Virus record (IMG/VR): IMGVR_UViG_3300036715_004341
Location: 1-60,257 of that record
Strand: one strand, 5' to 3'
From: a virus
Lineage: Duplodnaviria; Caudoviricetes
Length of the DNA stretch: 60,257 nucleotides
Of this stretch, positions 59,303 to 60,257 are shown piece after piece. A model generated the notes under the pieces. The model was given only the letters and a program-made list of their open reading frames with translations, searched no databases and was not told the origin of the DNA. How positions within the stretch are numbered: the first letter of the stretch is position 1; every line of letters starts with the position of its first letter. The position numbers and the translations under genes were made by a program.

Positions 59303-60090
59303 CAGGTGTCCCCGTTTTCGCTCGCCTGAATCTTGGCCAGCTCCGTGCGGAGCAGCTCGACGGTCGAGGAGGCACCTGTCGAGGTCCCCGCGGCCCGACC
59401 GACCTCCCGGCTGGCGTTCTCGACGGCCCCGCAGAAGATCCAGGCAAAGTCGTCGACCTCGGCGTGACCCAGCTCCTTCGCGGCGTCCTTCACCGGGCCG
59501 TAGGACCGCCGGTGGATCGGGGTCGGCCCCGAGCGGTCCAGCTCCGCCAGATGCCTCGGGCTCGGGTAGCCCGCGTGGTCCCAAAACCCGTAGAAGGGCC
59601 ACTGCTTGTCGTGCTCCTGCATCTGCATGAGCTGGAAGGACTTGGCCAGGACGCTGGCCGCGGCGACGTGGGGGATCGTCGCGTCCGCCTTGACGATGGA
59701 CGTGATCCCCGTCTCGGCCGGGAAGACCAGGTTACCGTCCGCCACGTTCCAGAGCACGTCCCCGAGGGGCGCCTGAGCCCGGAGCCGGCTGTGGACCACC
59801 TGGTGCCCTTCCTTGAGGCAGGCCCCGACCCCCTTCTGGTCGATCTGCACGGGCGTGTACTCCACCATGCTGAAGGCCACGTTGCCCCGCAGGTAGCCCG
59901 CGAGGTTGTGGAGGCGCCGGTTGCCGGTCTTCTTGTCGGTGAGCTGCTTGCTGTCGTTCAGCATGGGGGGCCCCGACCAGTGCGGCAGGGCCATGACAGC
60001 GACGATGATCAGGTTGCCGGCCAGCGCGCCGTAGCCGGCTTCGTCGGAACCGATGAGGAGGGAATAGCCCGGGGGCGGAGTGTAGTGCAT
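59302..60090 (-). CDS. rnhB: ribonuclease HII
   Basis: GSDEAGYGALAG, LNDSKQLT, ADGN, IVKADA...VAAASVLAK, GYPS..H, GPTPIHRRSY.PV. Confidence 0.92.
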   Translation of the reverse strand: MHYTPPPGYSLLIGSDEAGYGALAGNLIIVAVMALPHWSGPPMLNDSKQLTDKKTGNRRLHNLAGYLRGNVAFSMVEYTPVQIDQKGVGACLKEGHQVVHSRLRAQAPLGDVLWNVADGNLVFPAETGITSIVKADATIPHVAAASVLAKSFQLMQMQEHDKQWPFYGFWDHAGYPSPRHLAELDRSGPTPIHRRSYGPVKDAAKELGHAEVDDFAWIFCGAVENASREVGRAAGTSTGASSTVELLRTELAKIQASENGDT

Positions 60091-60257
60091 GGGGAATGGC
60101 TCGTGAGGGTTGCCCCCGGGCATACACCGCTCACGACGCGCCGCAGAAACCCGAGGAGGGCCTCGTAGTCGCGGGCCAGGATACCGTCGGGGAGCGAGAG
60201 GGTCAGCGTCATTTTCATGGACCCCACTCTCGCCCCTCCCACCCCCCCGGGCCAACT

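Overview
Gene-dense, very GC-rich (roughly 70% by eye) segment that reads as the accessory or early-gene region of a large, probably jumbo, phage. The host is most likely a myxobacterium: there is a TIGR04563-like small protein. No terminase, portal or tail module lies in the window. Recognisable genes are a methyltransferase-like/SNF2 helicase fusion, two metallophosphoesterases, two HAD 'Swiss-army-knife' phosphatases, a cyclic-phosphate receiver domain, an ADP-ribosylglycohydrolase, MazG, a P-loop kinase, dNMP kinase, RNase HII, a DNA methyltransferase, an M15 endolysin, a second peptidoglycan-binding hydrolase, BI-1/YccA, a TPM-domain protein and a 2H-phosphoesterase/zincin fusion. The main unexplained signal is a short peptide tag, [TS]-[AVIL]-Y-[DE]-x-[LI]-[LI] ('TAYDLL'). 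I found it at about 28 sites, about 21 of them in the last ~12 residues of otherwise unrelated small proteins, and in none of the recognisable enzymes. A second window-wide signal is the DNA motif GGTGTA(G/C/A), sitting 8-13 nt upstream of more than 20 start codons. One ORF looks like a scrambled mosaic of major-capsid-protein fragments. Many genes carry homopolymer frameshifts or stray stops, probably long-read errors, so several boundaries are approximate. All family assignments come from motif recognition, not database searches.
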